Origin: Rhizophagus irregularis
Lineage: Eukaryota
Direction: 5' to 3'
Assembly (NCBI RefSeq): GCF_026210795.1
Contig: NC_089430.1
Coordinates: 3,348,001-3,412,000 of the forward strand
DNA: 64,000 nucleotides
The notes under the pieces were generated by a model. That model was not told the DNA's origin and searched no databases. It was given only the letters and a program-made list of their open reading frames with translations. Numbering within the stretch: the first letter of the stretch is position 1; every line of letters starts with the position of its first letter. The translations under genes were made by a program, and so were the position numbers. Of this stretch, positions 24,382 to 36,785 are shown piece by piece.

Positions 24382-24664
24382 GGCCAAAGAAATAAAATTA
24401 TTCGTTTTTCATGAAAAAAAATTGCTAAATTTGACTCGGCTGCTCAGAAAAAAATTTATTTTTCAATAAAAATTTAGCTGATTTCTAGAAGTTGATTGGT
24501 TGATTTAATAAATTTTTTGCCAGTGGAAAAAAAATTATTTTTTTATGATTATGATTGGTAAAAACTAAAATCACATGACTAAATAAAATAAATTTTTTTA
24601 TCTTTTTTTAACATTTACATGACCCGCCTGGTTATGAGAAATGAATAATTTTATTTACTTTGCC
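24382..24664. mobile_element. GG-terminus MITE with TTA TSD (Zator/PIF-like)
   Basis: TIR GGCCAAAGAAATAAAATTATTCGTTTTTCAT vs reverse complement GGCAAAGTAAATAAAATTATTCATTTCTCAT. TTA at 24379-24381 and 24665-24667. Confidence 0.78.
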
Positions 24665-25119
24665 TTATATAATCTGGATTGAAATTTTAATAAAAAAATA
24701 ATGGATAACTATTTTAAAAATCATATTATAGTTGCTAAAAAAAAAATAATACTAAATTATTATTAATGATAATAGGATTTTTAATTTTTTAGTAATAATT
24801 ATTGATATATAGAATTAATTTATTTTAATTAATATTACTTTTATAAGTATAAAAATATAAAATTATTAAAAAATGGATAAATAATATTAAATTAATTATA
24901 TATTATAAAAGTTTAAAAAATTTACAAAAAATATTAAGTATATTATTTAAAAATATAAATTTAAATACAGTCAACTCTCTTTATAGTCACACATTTGGGA
25001 CAGTCCATATTTGGTGATTATAAAGAGATGTGACTATATAAAAAATTTCTTATATTTGTATATCATAATTCCGGCCAAAAATTAACATAATTTTAGCCAG
25101 AATTATACTTAAAACTTTA

Positions 25120-25560
25120 TTGTATCGTAATTTCGTCAATATTAATCGTAGAGAGATGATCTTACCGCCATTCGATTCGTCTTGATGAGACGGTTCTAAT
25201 GGTATAAAATATGTCGAAATCCAATCACTAGATTAATTTTTGAAATTAAAAAAATATTAATGGTTTTTGTGTAATAACTCTGCCAATATTGATCCTAGAA
25301 AGACGATCTTACTACCATTCGATTCGTCTTGATGAGACGAATCTAATGGTATAAGATACATCGAAATCCAATCACTAGATCAATTTCCGAAATTAAAAAA
25401 TATTAAATGGTTTTTAAGTAATAACTCCGTCAATATTGATCACAGAGAGATGAGCTTACCATCATTCGATTCGTCTCGATGAGGCGATTCCAACGAGCTA
25501 TAAATCGTCTTTTTACAATCACTAGGTACCGAGAAATCTAGCAAAATGTTAAATGGCGCA
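25120..25560. repeat. Three tandem ~147-bp dyad-symmetric units (a fourth is split by the 25618-27077 insertion)
   Basis: G(T/C)CAATATT recurs near 25136, 25282 and 25430. Central GATTCGTCTYGATGAGRCGRWTC palindrome. Confidence 0.85.
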
Positions 25561-25617
25561 GTAAACGTAAATCAAGAAATATTATAATGCCGATGTTTAA
25601 CATTTTGTTGAATAACT

Positions 25618-27077
25618 CAGCATAGCAGGCTTTCGATTTTATCACACGATTTTTTTCGATTTTATCACATGATATACAATTCTGATATGAAACATTGTTT
25701 AATTTTTTGAAAAATTCGGCATATTAATATATTCTTAAATTCTATCAATATATATGTCCTATGTTAAATTTTAATTATACCAATTTTTATTAAAATCAGA
25801 TTATTATTGGCCAACTTTTATATGTAACAACTTATTAATTTAACGTAATCAATACATTTTTTTGATATAAATGTTTGGTGAATTCAAAATTCTACATAAT
25901 AATTATAACTCAAACTTTCCAAATTAATAAATAGCAACTTGATATACTTGTATTCAAAATTTTACTGAATATGGATGTAAAATAAAGAACTTTAATATAT
26001 ATCATCTGTGTAAAATTAAAATCGAACATAATTCTTATAAAAAAATGCAAATAATTTAACTTACATATAAACTAGGTGGACGTTTTTATATTCACTTTAA
26101 AGAATAGTACCAAGACCTATCCAACAAATTAAAAATTACTTTGGTTGAATCATTGGTTGATGAATAAATGCGTTAACACATTTATTCCTAATTATGAATT
26201 TGATTGTCAACATTTCTATATGTAGTGAATCAATTGGAAAGATCTTTGATTCCAAAATTAGAGTGTGATTTAATCTTTTAAAATGTAAAATTATTTGTTT
26301 AGCCAATATACTTACTGAAAAAATAATACCATATTACTAATATTACATCATAAAATTTCTTACCAATAAGTTATTTTTAAGATTTTGTATTTTATTTAAA
26401 GGAATGAAAAAGAGTCATTCACTATTCAAAAAAAATAAAATTTTAGAAAGATCAGTTTCTAACAGAAAAAAATTATGTAAATAATTTATTATAAAACCCA
26501 AAAAAATTTTTTAAGAAGTTGTTAAATATACAAAGAAAAGAGCTTCTTCAAATGGGTTCTTCCATCATAAATTTCAATAAACATATAGTAGATTAAAAAG
26601 CTTAAGTAAAAACAAACCTTTGAATACGTCTGTTTCCATTGTTGTAAATAGATCTCATATTTCGTTTCTTCTAGCTTATTACAATTTGAAAGAAAATGTA
26701 CTTATGCTTATTTTCATTTTATAAGAAGTTTTCAAGTATTTATAACTTCTGGATTTCATCTCCAATAGCCAGATTCCTTTGTAATACGTTTAAACATAAC
26801 CTGAAGAATTGATTTTTTTTATCGTCCTTCGCTATTAAATTTTTTGCGGCACAATTAAAATAAATTAGTACAATTATCATATGCCGATACATTTGATATC
26901 CAGCCAATAAAATACATATCTATATAACAAACAATTACGTTAGTGTTATGACTGTTACGTCATTTAAAATTACTTGAAAACTTGATGATTTACTTAAATT
27001 TTATTTGTTATTTAAGCAAAAATCACATTTGCCAATCGTCATGTGATTATTCGAAAATCGGAAAGCCTGCTATGCTA
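25618..27077. mobile_element. Nested TIR element with a 7-bp TSD and decayed coding-like cargo
   Basis: TIR (C/T)AGCATAGCAGGCTTTC. Direct repeat AATAACT at 25611-25617 and 27078-27084. Confidence 0.75.
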
Positions 27078-30000
27078 AATAACTCGTCAGCCAGTGATCG
27101 GAAAAGGATAAAACTACCACCATTCGATTCGTTTCAGTGAGACGATTCTAACAAGCTATGATACATCTTTGTACGATTATTAGATGCCAAGTTATTTAAT
27201 ATATTCTTTATATAACTGTGATTATAAACGGTTCTTTTTAATATAAGATTTTTGAGGATAGGATATAGCACTATAAACAGATTGCGACTATATAGGATAG
27301 ATTTTAATAATAAAGTGTTTTGAACATTCAACTGATGTGACTATATAGTAGAATGTGACTATAATGGGAGTGACTATAGAGGGAATTGACTGTATATAAT
27401 AGTATTACAATATATAAAAAAATTAAGAAGTTTTGAAATCAAGTATTAACAGTTAGTAGAAATGTTCCCAAAAATTAGAGGGAGATTTTTTGTACTATGA
27501 TATCTCAATATAAATTATTGGAACAGTATGACTATATAGCATATAGTATATATGTAAACTTAAGGTTGGCTAAAGTTGGTACAAATGGCTAAAATCGACA
27601 ATTTTCAGATCTTAATTCTGGCCGAAATTTTCTTAATTCTGGCTGAATTTGTAATGCTGGCCCAAATTACATTAAAATCAAAATTTTCAGGTCAAAGGTA
27701 ACACCATATTTATGCAATGTAACATTTTTTCCAACAATAGTAAACATGTTCATTCAAGGTTTAAAAAATATTTTTAAACCTTTTAAAAGTCAAAAACTGC
27801 ACTTTATTCAGTTGTATCTGGCCAAAGAAAGTAGGCAATTATATGGTTATTTCAATACAACAAACTAATAAAAATTAAGAAAATTTATTTAACCTTATTC
27901 TTTTGCTTATTTTTTTTAAATATTCAATAAATATCTTTTATTTTAACGCTACTTTAGATACTTTTTATATATATAAAAAAATATTTTACTTATTCATATT
28001 ATACTATTTGTATTTATTGATTATTAGGTCTATTTACTTTGTTAAGTCATAAGAATTTTTTTATGAATAAATAATATTTGTTTTATTTTCTTGTTAAACG
28101 AACTAAAATTAAAAATTTCAAAGTTTTTTTTAATGTTATAATAATTTACATAATTACTATAATATTAAGAATTAAGCATTAAATGTCTAATTTAAATAAA
28201 CAAATAAAAACATAATATTTAACTATTTTTGCGATTAAACCTCATTTATAACGTTCAAATAGACCTAATAATATTATTCTAATAAAAAAAAAATTTTTTT
28301 TATTAGCATTATAATTAAAAAATTCAACAAAATTTATAAATAACAAAAAATCTAGTTTAATAATCACCATTTTAAGCTTAACAAAAGTTGTTCATTTCAC
28401 CAAATTATACCTAAAAATGAAATAATTGCTGATTAAGAAAGCTTTTGTATTAAAATCAAGAAAAATTTTTTTTATTATAAAAATTGGTTTTTTGCGGTTT
28501 ACACAAAATTTCCCTAAATAACTGCTTTTTTTAACTTAATAAATCTTTTTCTTCTCGTAAAATTACATATATTTGCATTATTTAAATTGTATTTTATACC
28601 CACCTTTAAGTTGCATTTTAAGGAAAACTTCATTTTTGAGACGAACTTTCTTGTAATATGTAAAGAAAAAAAAAATATTACTAAAGAGGAAATGATGACA
28701 AATATTTATAGTCCACATGATGAACTATTAATTTACTTAATTTGTATAAGCATTGTATTAAAAATTTCTTTTTTTAGCTACGTGGTGATATATTCAATTA
28801 TAGTTACACAAAATTATTTTAATTAATGATTGGTAAGAGAAATGACATTTCCACTGACTGTTAAGTTTATTAAAATTGAATATAATTTGAAAAAGACAAT
28901 ATAATTAATATTAATCATTAATAAATAATAATAAAATAATTTAATTTTAATAACTAATAAAATATGGTAATTGTAATTTTATAGAAAAATAATAAATAAT
29001 ATTATTTAAAAATTCCAATTACTTTACTTTTAATAAAAGTTATAGTAATTGTAATCATAATTATATATAAAAATTATTATAAATAAATAAATTATATATA
29101 TTATAAATATTAAAAAATTTATAATAATTTATTGAAATTCTTTATTTTTTTTAAAAAAAATTTAAATAAAGTATTTATATCTAATAGAATAAATGAAAAA
29201 AAATAAATTTTTTATATTTTTCAAATGGTATATATTTGGTAATTTAATAATTATAAATATTTATAAAAAAGTGAATTTTTTTAAATTATTATATATATAT
29301 TATTATTAATTATTTCTTTTATACTAAAATTAAATTTCTTTTGTATGATTAAAATTATACTAGCAGATATAAAATTTCAATAAATACAAGTATAATTAAA
29401 ATATAAAAAATTTTTTATATAGCTTTATTGTAATTTTACATATATAAATATATTTAATATATAATAAATTAGATAACATTCTCTAAATTATTAAACAAAC
29501 TTTTTTTTATAAATTTATGTTAAGTTTGTTAGTGTATATTTTTATTATACAATTACACATTAACAATTTTTTTTTGCATCTTAATAAAAATATTCATAGT
29601 CTTATAGTTAAATTGATCTGAATTAATTAACTATTAAAGAAATAAGAAAAAATTTACATCTGTTATATATGTTATAATCGTTTATTATTGTAATACTGCT
29701 TAAATTTGTTAAAATCAAAATTTATAAATTTACGAGAAAGGCAAAATTTTTATTTTTGTATTTTGGTAATTTTTTAAACTTGCTCTTGCGCCAAAAAAAT
29801 GATAATTAAATTTGACAATGATCATCAATAGTAAATGCCTAAACAAGTTCGAATGCATGAATTAATATAAACAAAATAAATTTACTGCGGAAAGCTAAAT
29901 AAAATGTAAGAAATAATTTATAACATTTAGTGGTTATGTTGCGATATCATTCGGTCGAAATACTAGTATACTAATTGAAAGGCTGTACACCCAATTTTTA

Positions 30001-31189
30001 TAAATAATATGAACACACCCCTTTCATACCTTTGAAGGAGGAATTGTGTAAGTGTGAGTGTGGGTATATTTTTCAAACCTGCTTATAATAAATTTTAAGG
30101 ACCCCGTTTTTAAAATAAATATTTTTTGTACCCTCTTTTTTTGTTCATTGATAATAACTTATTATTGAACATACTAATATTATTATAGAGTGGGCGTGGA
30201 AGGTGAAAAATTTTTTTCTTTCTTTTCATTCCATTAAGAAAAAAAGGTTGTCCTATTACACATAATAGTGTGCTTATTACACAATAATCCACTAACAAAG
30301 CCTTAATTTGAACACGATTTTCCACAACAATTAAGAATTCTTTTTATCAGATGACTTTTATAATATACAGATATATAATAAGAAATGCATTCATAGGGTC
30401 ATATGGTGTTTATGATTACTATATGTGTATTAAACACACGATAAAAGTTTTATTTGCCAGGTGCAACAATTCCAAATTTTGACTTGTATATGAACTTGTT
30501 ATCTTGTAAATAGCGTGGCGCAGCAAAATTAATTTCAAGCCTTTGATTTTCTTCGTAAATCATCTCCTTATAAAATATTTAAACGAGCGGAATTTATAAA
30601 TTTATAAATTTACTACTCACTAATCCAGTTGTGTTTACTATTAAATGAATAAGAAATGAGTAAATGAATGATTACGAAAATTTTTTTTTGCTATCGGCGG
30701 GTCGTCTTTTTCTGGGCTGTGAGTAACAAATATGAATTTACAATGATAAAAAAAAATACAATAACTGATATTATGGATAATAAGAAGTTTATAATAGTAT
30801 ATATGATATATAATAATACACGTAATACTAAATTACTTTTGCGCCGTGTGAAGTATTACTAGTACTAAATGTCAAGGAGTGTCCATATGAAGTATATACT
30901 TCATATGTAAGGCTGTCCGATATTAGAATATGTATGTCACAAATATCAATCTATATTTCTGCTATACTATATGTGAAAAAAAAATAAGCTAATTGAGAGG
31001 GAAACAAAAAAAAACAATCCCCATAAGACACATCCATATACACCCCATATACTACATATATAATAGACGAAAAAAAAATACCTTAGAGTAAAACCCCCAA
31101 CATACCTGCTTTTCTCGTTACTACCAAACATAACTCAATTTTCTCTCATCATCTTACCAAACTTCTAGTTCTAAGCTTGAAAGTTCAAA

Positions 31190-31818
31190 ATGCCTAAAGC
31201 CAAACCTGCAAAGAAAGCTACCGGTGGTGAGTATTTTCGTATTTATTTTAACTTTCAATTATATGTCTATATATATTATATATGGGAAATTTAAAAGCTC
31301 TTAATCCAAGAGCGTGTTCTTCCAAATTATTATTATAAAGAATGCTTTGGGGAGGACAGGGGAGCTCTACGTCCACGTTATTTCACGCTTTTTTTTGCTA
31401 CTTGTATACTGCACTTATAAACGTCGCTTAGACCGCGACTGTACATATATTTTTATATATATTATATATTACCTATATCTTCTAATATATATCGTTTTGA
31501 ACTCTTTATTAAAATTTAAAATTATTAGGTGGTAAGAGAAAACTCTCTCCATACAATGCTTTCATGAAGTCTGAACTACCTAAAGTTAAGGCAGAAAATC
31601 CTAACCTTGAACATAAAGCTGCTTTTAAGCTCGTCGCTGAACGGTGGAAGAATAGTCCCGATAACCCAAAGGTATATCTTTTTTTCTGCGTTTATTTTGC
31701 TCTCCCTAAATGTTTCGTCATCTAGAGATGACGTCAACTTTAAAAATTAACACGTATTTACCTAAAAACTTTTCTTTTTTAAATATTTTTTAATTTTTAA
31801 TAGAACCAAGCAAGCTAA
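31190..31818 (+). CDS. Small HMG-box/YABBY-like DNA-binding protein (64 aa, 3 exons)
   Basis: Exons 31190-31226, 31529-31671 and 31804-31818 give MPKAKPAKKATGGGKRKLSPYNAFMKSELPKVKAENPNLEHKAAFKLVAERWKNSPDNPKNQAS*. GT-AG introns; frame consistent. Confidence 0.88.
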
Positions 31819-32551
31819 ATGTCACGTGATCTATAAATAATCTGTATACGAAAAATTTTTATTCTTCGTTCGTCTTAACTTTCTGAAATATACAATATTA
31901 GCGAATAATATTTACAAATTATTTGACCTAATTGATCTAATCTATTCATTTCATTTTTTTTTCTTTTCTTTATATACTTTTTTTTATATAAAAAAATTAT
32001 CCCCCATAATTTTCGTATAAATTTTTGTTAACTACCTCACACCACCAAAAAGATTAATTTCTTTGAAAATTTTTTCTCTTCTGATATGGTGTTTGTGTAA
32101 ATAAAAAAAATATTCTTTACATTTTTAAACAAAAAGATTTTATTAAGTGAGCGATATTTGTGCTAATTTAAAATTTTAATAAGGTTTTGTTTTGTAGCCA
32201 ATTTTTGTTCTTATATAAAAATTAATATACTTGCATAATAACACGAAAAAAAAGAGGAATCTAGATATTGAATTTCCAAAAACAATCATAATACATTTAG
32301 TAATTTAACGTAACTAATTTACTAATTTGACGTCAATTTAACACAAAAAGCGACTAAAAATACTAAAAATGGCAAAATGGCACCCGCGTAATTTCGTTTA
32401 AATAGCACGAACTTCATTTGTTAAATTGGATTCTCGTTTTATCTGATTTATTATTTGGCTGGAATTAAGTCCTTAAAAATTTGTAGGATTAAATTTTGCC
32501 CAAAATAGAATAATTATTTAGCGTCAAAAAAATTTTTTTTTCCTTGACATT

Positions 32552-33950
32552 ATGGCTCGTCCTACAGAGGAACGCAATCAAGACGCTACGGTTTATATTG
32601 GTAACCTTGATGAACGTTGTACTGAAGCTCTGATTTGGGAGTTAATGCTTCAGGCAGGGCCCGTTGGTAATTTTCACACTCTCCGCTCATTTTTATTGTT
32701 ATCAGTTCAGCATTACTAATCAGAAAATATGTTTTGACTTCAAGTCAATGTTCACTTACCAAAAGATCGCGTAACTCAAACACATCAAGGTTATGGGTTT
32801 TGTGAATATATGAGTGAAGATGACGCAGATTATGCTATTAAAATAATGAATCAAATCAAACTGTATGGGAAGCCTATTCGTGTCAATAAAGTAGGCGTAA
32901 ACATTTTTGGCTTGTTTTTATTGTTTGCTGTGTAGCATTGACGCTTCGTCGTATTATTATTAGGCAACTTCGGACAAAAAGAATTTGGACGTAGGCGCTT
33001 CATTATTTATAGGAAATTTGGATCCTGATGTTGATGAAAAAATGTTGTACGATACGTTCAGCGCTTTTGGTGTTATCGTACAGACTCCCAAGGTATTGAT
33101 ATAGACTAATTATCGAATATCGAATTCATTTTACATATTTAATTTAATTAAGTCGAAATATTTAATTTAGATTGCAAGAGATCCCGATACTGGTAATAGT
33201 AAAGGGTATGGGTTTATTTCATATGACAATTTCGATTCTTCAGATGCGGCAATTGATGCAATGAACGGGCAATATCTGATGAACAAACCAATTACTGTAT
33301 CATACGCGTTCAAAAAGGATGGTAAAGGCGAAAGACATGGAAGTGCTGCAGGTTCGTATTTTCTTCCGAATCGAATATATTACTTTCAATGGGTGACCAT
33401 TTTTTTTTTTATTTGCATACCCTAGAACGGTTATTGGCAGCCCAAGCGAAGAAAAATCAAAGTCTGCCGAACCGTTTGTTTGCAGATGTTCGTCCACCTA
33501 CTGTTCCACCTCCAATGATAGGAGTTCGCGCACAGATACCAGCTTCGCCACAACAAATAAATACTGGAATGTCTCGTCCTGGCATACCACCTTCAATCGT
33601 TTCTCCAACAAACGTGTACGGAGGATATCATGCGCCAGGGACAAACACACAAACAACAACACAACCACCGCCTAGACCATCTATGATGAACGGAGCGTCA
33701 GGTGCACCATCACAACAATACTTCATATTTAGTATAAATATATTTGTAATATGTCTTAAAAAATTTTTTTTTTTTATCGTTAGTTCGCCCACCGCCGCCA
33801 CCTACATTTGGGACTTCGGCTCCTAATCCTAATCGGCCGTCTTTTCCGCCACCACTGCGTCCTTCAGGTCCTTACGGTCAATACCAAGGCTCCACTCCAT
33901 CCGGACAAGCTCCAAATTCACAAGGGTATAATGAATATAGTACGGGATAA
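32552..33950 (+). CDS. SF3B4: Splicing factor 3B subunit 4 (SAP49/Hsh49): two RRMs and a proline-rich tail
   Basis: Exons 32552-32666, 32745-32890, 32964-33092, 33171-33351, 33426-33701, 33784-33950. Motifs [56 protein letters not shown] possible last intron 33926-34005 would move the stop to 34009. Confidence 0.95.
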
Positions 33951-34311
33951 TCGTGATGAAATTATCAATTTTTATTTATCAATTTTTTTTTATTTTTCTG
34001 TATAGGTAAAAAATTCACATGTGAAATAAAATTTCTGAATAAACGATGCGAGTATTTTTATGTTTATCAAGAAAACGGGTAAGGACACTATGTATATAAA
34101 TATTTACATTACAATGCTATATATCCCTTAATCATACATTTTCACTTTATGCGATTTATTTGAATAATTTGAATATAAATTTTTTTTGCGTGTCATAGAA
34201 TATTCAATAAATTACAATAAATAAATTCGAATCAATGTCAACCTATATTAGACTATATTTGGTATTAATTAATTAAAATTACCAGATTGCAATATAAGTA
34301 TGATAGATATT

Positions 34312-34955
34312 CTAGGTAGAAACAACTTGATTTTTAACGAATTCTACAGATTTTTTGACGTGGCCTTCAAAATCCATCATAGAATTAAAAACGTCGCGAA
34401 CGATACCATCTTTATCAATCAGAAAAGTAGCTCTTCCGGGTAAAAAACCTAAAGTCTTCGGGACCTAAATTAGAGAAATAAGATTATCAAATTAAAGTAC
34501 AAATTTAAGTAGTGAAATAAATATACAAAATACATCGTAGAGCTTTCTTGCTTCGCTGTTTGGATCGGATAATAATGGGAATTGAAGGTGTTGAGTATCA
34601 TAGAATCTTTTATGCTTGTCAACAGGATCCGAAGAGATACCAACTACGGTAGCGCCAGCGTCGGAAAATACTGAATATGAGTCACGAAAACTACAAACCT
34701 ATAATTTAAGAAATTTACTTAGACGAGAAATATGGAGACATTTGAAACGGTATTGTAATGTTTTAAAGAAAACGCGACATTAAGCTGTAATTTTACCTCT
34801 TTGGTGCAGCCATAAGTTTCGTCTTTAGGATAAAAGAATATAACTGATGGTTTACCATTACCAATAAAAGACTTTAATTCAACCGATTCGCCTTCTTGAT
34901 TTTGAAGAACAAGGTTAGAAGGAGCAGGTTGATCCATTAAACTATGTTTAGTCAT
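34312..34955 (-). CDS. DOT5: BCP/PrxQ-type peroxiredoxin (Dot5-like)
   Basis: Exons 34955-34797, 34698-34534, 34464-34312. Motifs FFYPKDETYGCTKEVCSFRD (CxxxxC), GISSD, PLLSDP, PGRATFLIDKDG. Confidence 0.92.
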
Positions 34956-35187
34956 TTTATACGAGTAAGTAAATAACGATTTCTTTTGTAAAGTTATGTT
35001 TGTATTCGAAAAATTTCGTTTATATTTATATATTAGTGTTTTGTCGTGTATGAGTAATCTTTTTTCGCACGAGTTAATTAAATTTATTATAATAACGTCA
35101 CAAAAAGATTTTCGAAACATTGTTCTGATTGAAATTTAATTGATTTCCTTATTTATACTATTGGTTTATACAATATTCACGTTTCAA

Positions 35188-36653
35188 TTATAATTTGCTA
35201 ATCTTTTTCTGATGATTCACTAAGTACAAATTTAAAAGAAAAACAATTAGTAAGAATATTTCGAAAGTATATACATAATTAATAAACATGCATTTATTTA
35301 CTCATGAATTCTAATAAAGCCCGGTGAGAATCTTCAGATAATATTCTAATATATAGCAAATAAAAAGTAAATCTTAATAAGAAAAACAAGTATTTAGTGA
35401 TTAGTAATTAAATTACCTTAATAATAATAGATCATTTTCACGTTTATTAATTTTATGTAAATATTCTCTTTCATCTTTACGTATTAATTCTTTTGATTTT
35501 ATTATGGCTTCAAAAGAAAACTTTGTTACTCGTGTTGCTTCTTTTAATGTTTCTTGAATCAATTGATCTTCCGGTATTAAACGGCTAATTTAATTAAGAA
35601 CATAAATTCGTTTTTATTATTTTATAGTTTACTACTATAATTATTTAAATTTACCTGATGAATCCTATTTTAACTAATTCTGGTGCTGTGTATGTCTTAT
35701 TCATTAACTAAAAAATCAAGCAAGATAAATTTACTTTCTAAAACGGAAAATTCTCCAATATTTAACATACCAACAATTCGCTAGCAATTGATTGTCCCAA
35801 ATATCTTAAAATTATTTAAATTATTCATTAAAAAATATATATAAGCAAATTATTTTTTATGTACATAATATGTATGACTTACTTCGGGAATAAATATGAA
35901 GAACATCCTTCGGCACAGAATGCTAATAAAAAAATATGCAAATAATTATAAAAAAATATACTGTAAGTTTAGTATTTAATGTATTTAATCTTTTAATATT
36001 TTTAATATTTACCCCATTGCATAAATGGAGTTTGAAAAGTTGCTTCTGGTATCGAATATACTACATCACAATGGGGTAAAAATGTAACTCCAAATCCAAA
36101 TGCTTTTCCTATACGAAAATAAATAATATTATAAAATACTTAAAAACAAGTAAGGTACAGTATTTCATATAGTAACTTTACCATTAACAGCTGCTATCAA
36201 CAATTTAGGAAAATCTATTAATAAGTCGACCAATTTTCTATATATAATGTCAATTATTTATTATTTGATTTTATATTTTCTTTTCCTTAGCTTTGAATCC
36301 ACATACTTAAATAGATTATTATTAGCTTCTGCCGTTCTTTTCAGTTCTTCCATATCGCTAGGTACATTAGGTAGTTCCAATCCACTGCAAAAAAAATTTC
36401 CTTTTCCTGTTACAATGACGATTTTAACTTGTTCTTCTTCATTTGCCCACTTAATCGAGCTAATCCAATCCTGCAATTAATAATAAATAAATAAATAATT
36501 AATTTAACTTTATTTTATCAGAATGGTCATTACTTGTAAGAGTTCGTAATTCAACGCGTTTGCGCGTTTAGGTCTATTCAAGGTTAAAATAGCTATTCCG
36601 TCTGGATTAACTTCTATTTCAAACGTTTTAAGTATTGGTACTGGTTTTCTCAT
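35188..36653 (-). CDS. Peroxisomal enoyl-CoA delta-isomerase (crotonase superfamily, ECI2-like), multi-exon
   Basis: Motifs AILTLNRPKRANALN, VTGKGNFFCSGLEL, DFPKLLIAAVNG, CDVVYSIPEATFQTPFMQ, CAEGCSSYLFP. The last exon gives ...HQKKISKL* (PTS1). Confidence 0.9.
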
Positions 36654-36785
36654 ATTCTAATTCAGGCTCAAGGAAGCTCAGAATTTAAATTATGATTTCG
36701 TAAAGATTATCCTTATCACCGATACAACTGATCATAGATTATCAAAATTTTTTTAACTGTAAGTCTTTAATGATGTACAGACAAA
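36654..36785. promoter_or_regulatory. Compact divergent (probably bidirectional) promoter region
   Basis: Only 132 bp separate the head-to-head ATGs of the isomerase and the LysRS. Confidence 0.55.

Larger units (their letters stand above)
24968..27392. mobile_element. Non-autonomous Tc1/mariner (pogo/Tigger-like CAGTC terminus) element
   Basis: TIR CAGTCAACTCTCTTTATAGTCAC vs reverse complement CAGTCAATTCCCTCTATAGTCAC. TA TSD. Repeated GTGACTATA subterminal motifs. Confidence 0.82.

Noticed and set aside
27560..28610. Possible Kolobok-like element (TTAAGGTTGG... / ...CCCACCTTTAA)
   Set aside because: The terminal match is too short and degenerate to support by eye.
31314..31535. 73-aa ORF in the track
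   Set aside because: It lies inside intron 1 of the HMG/YABBY-like gene, starts at GTG, and has no protein-like features.
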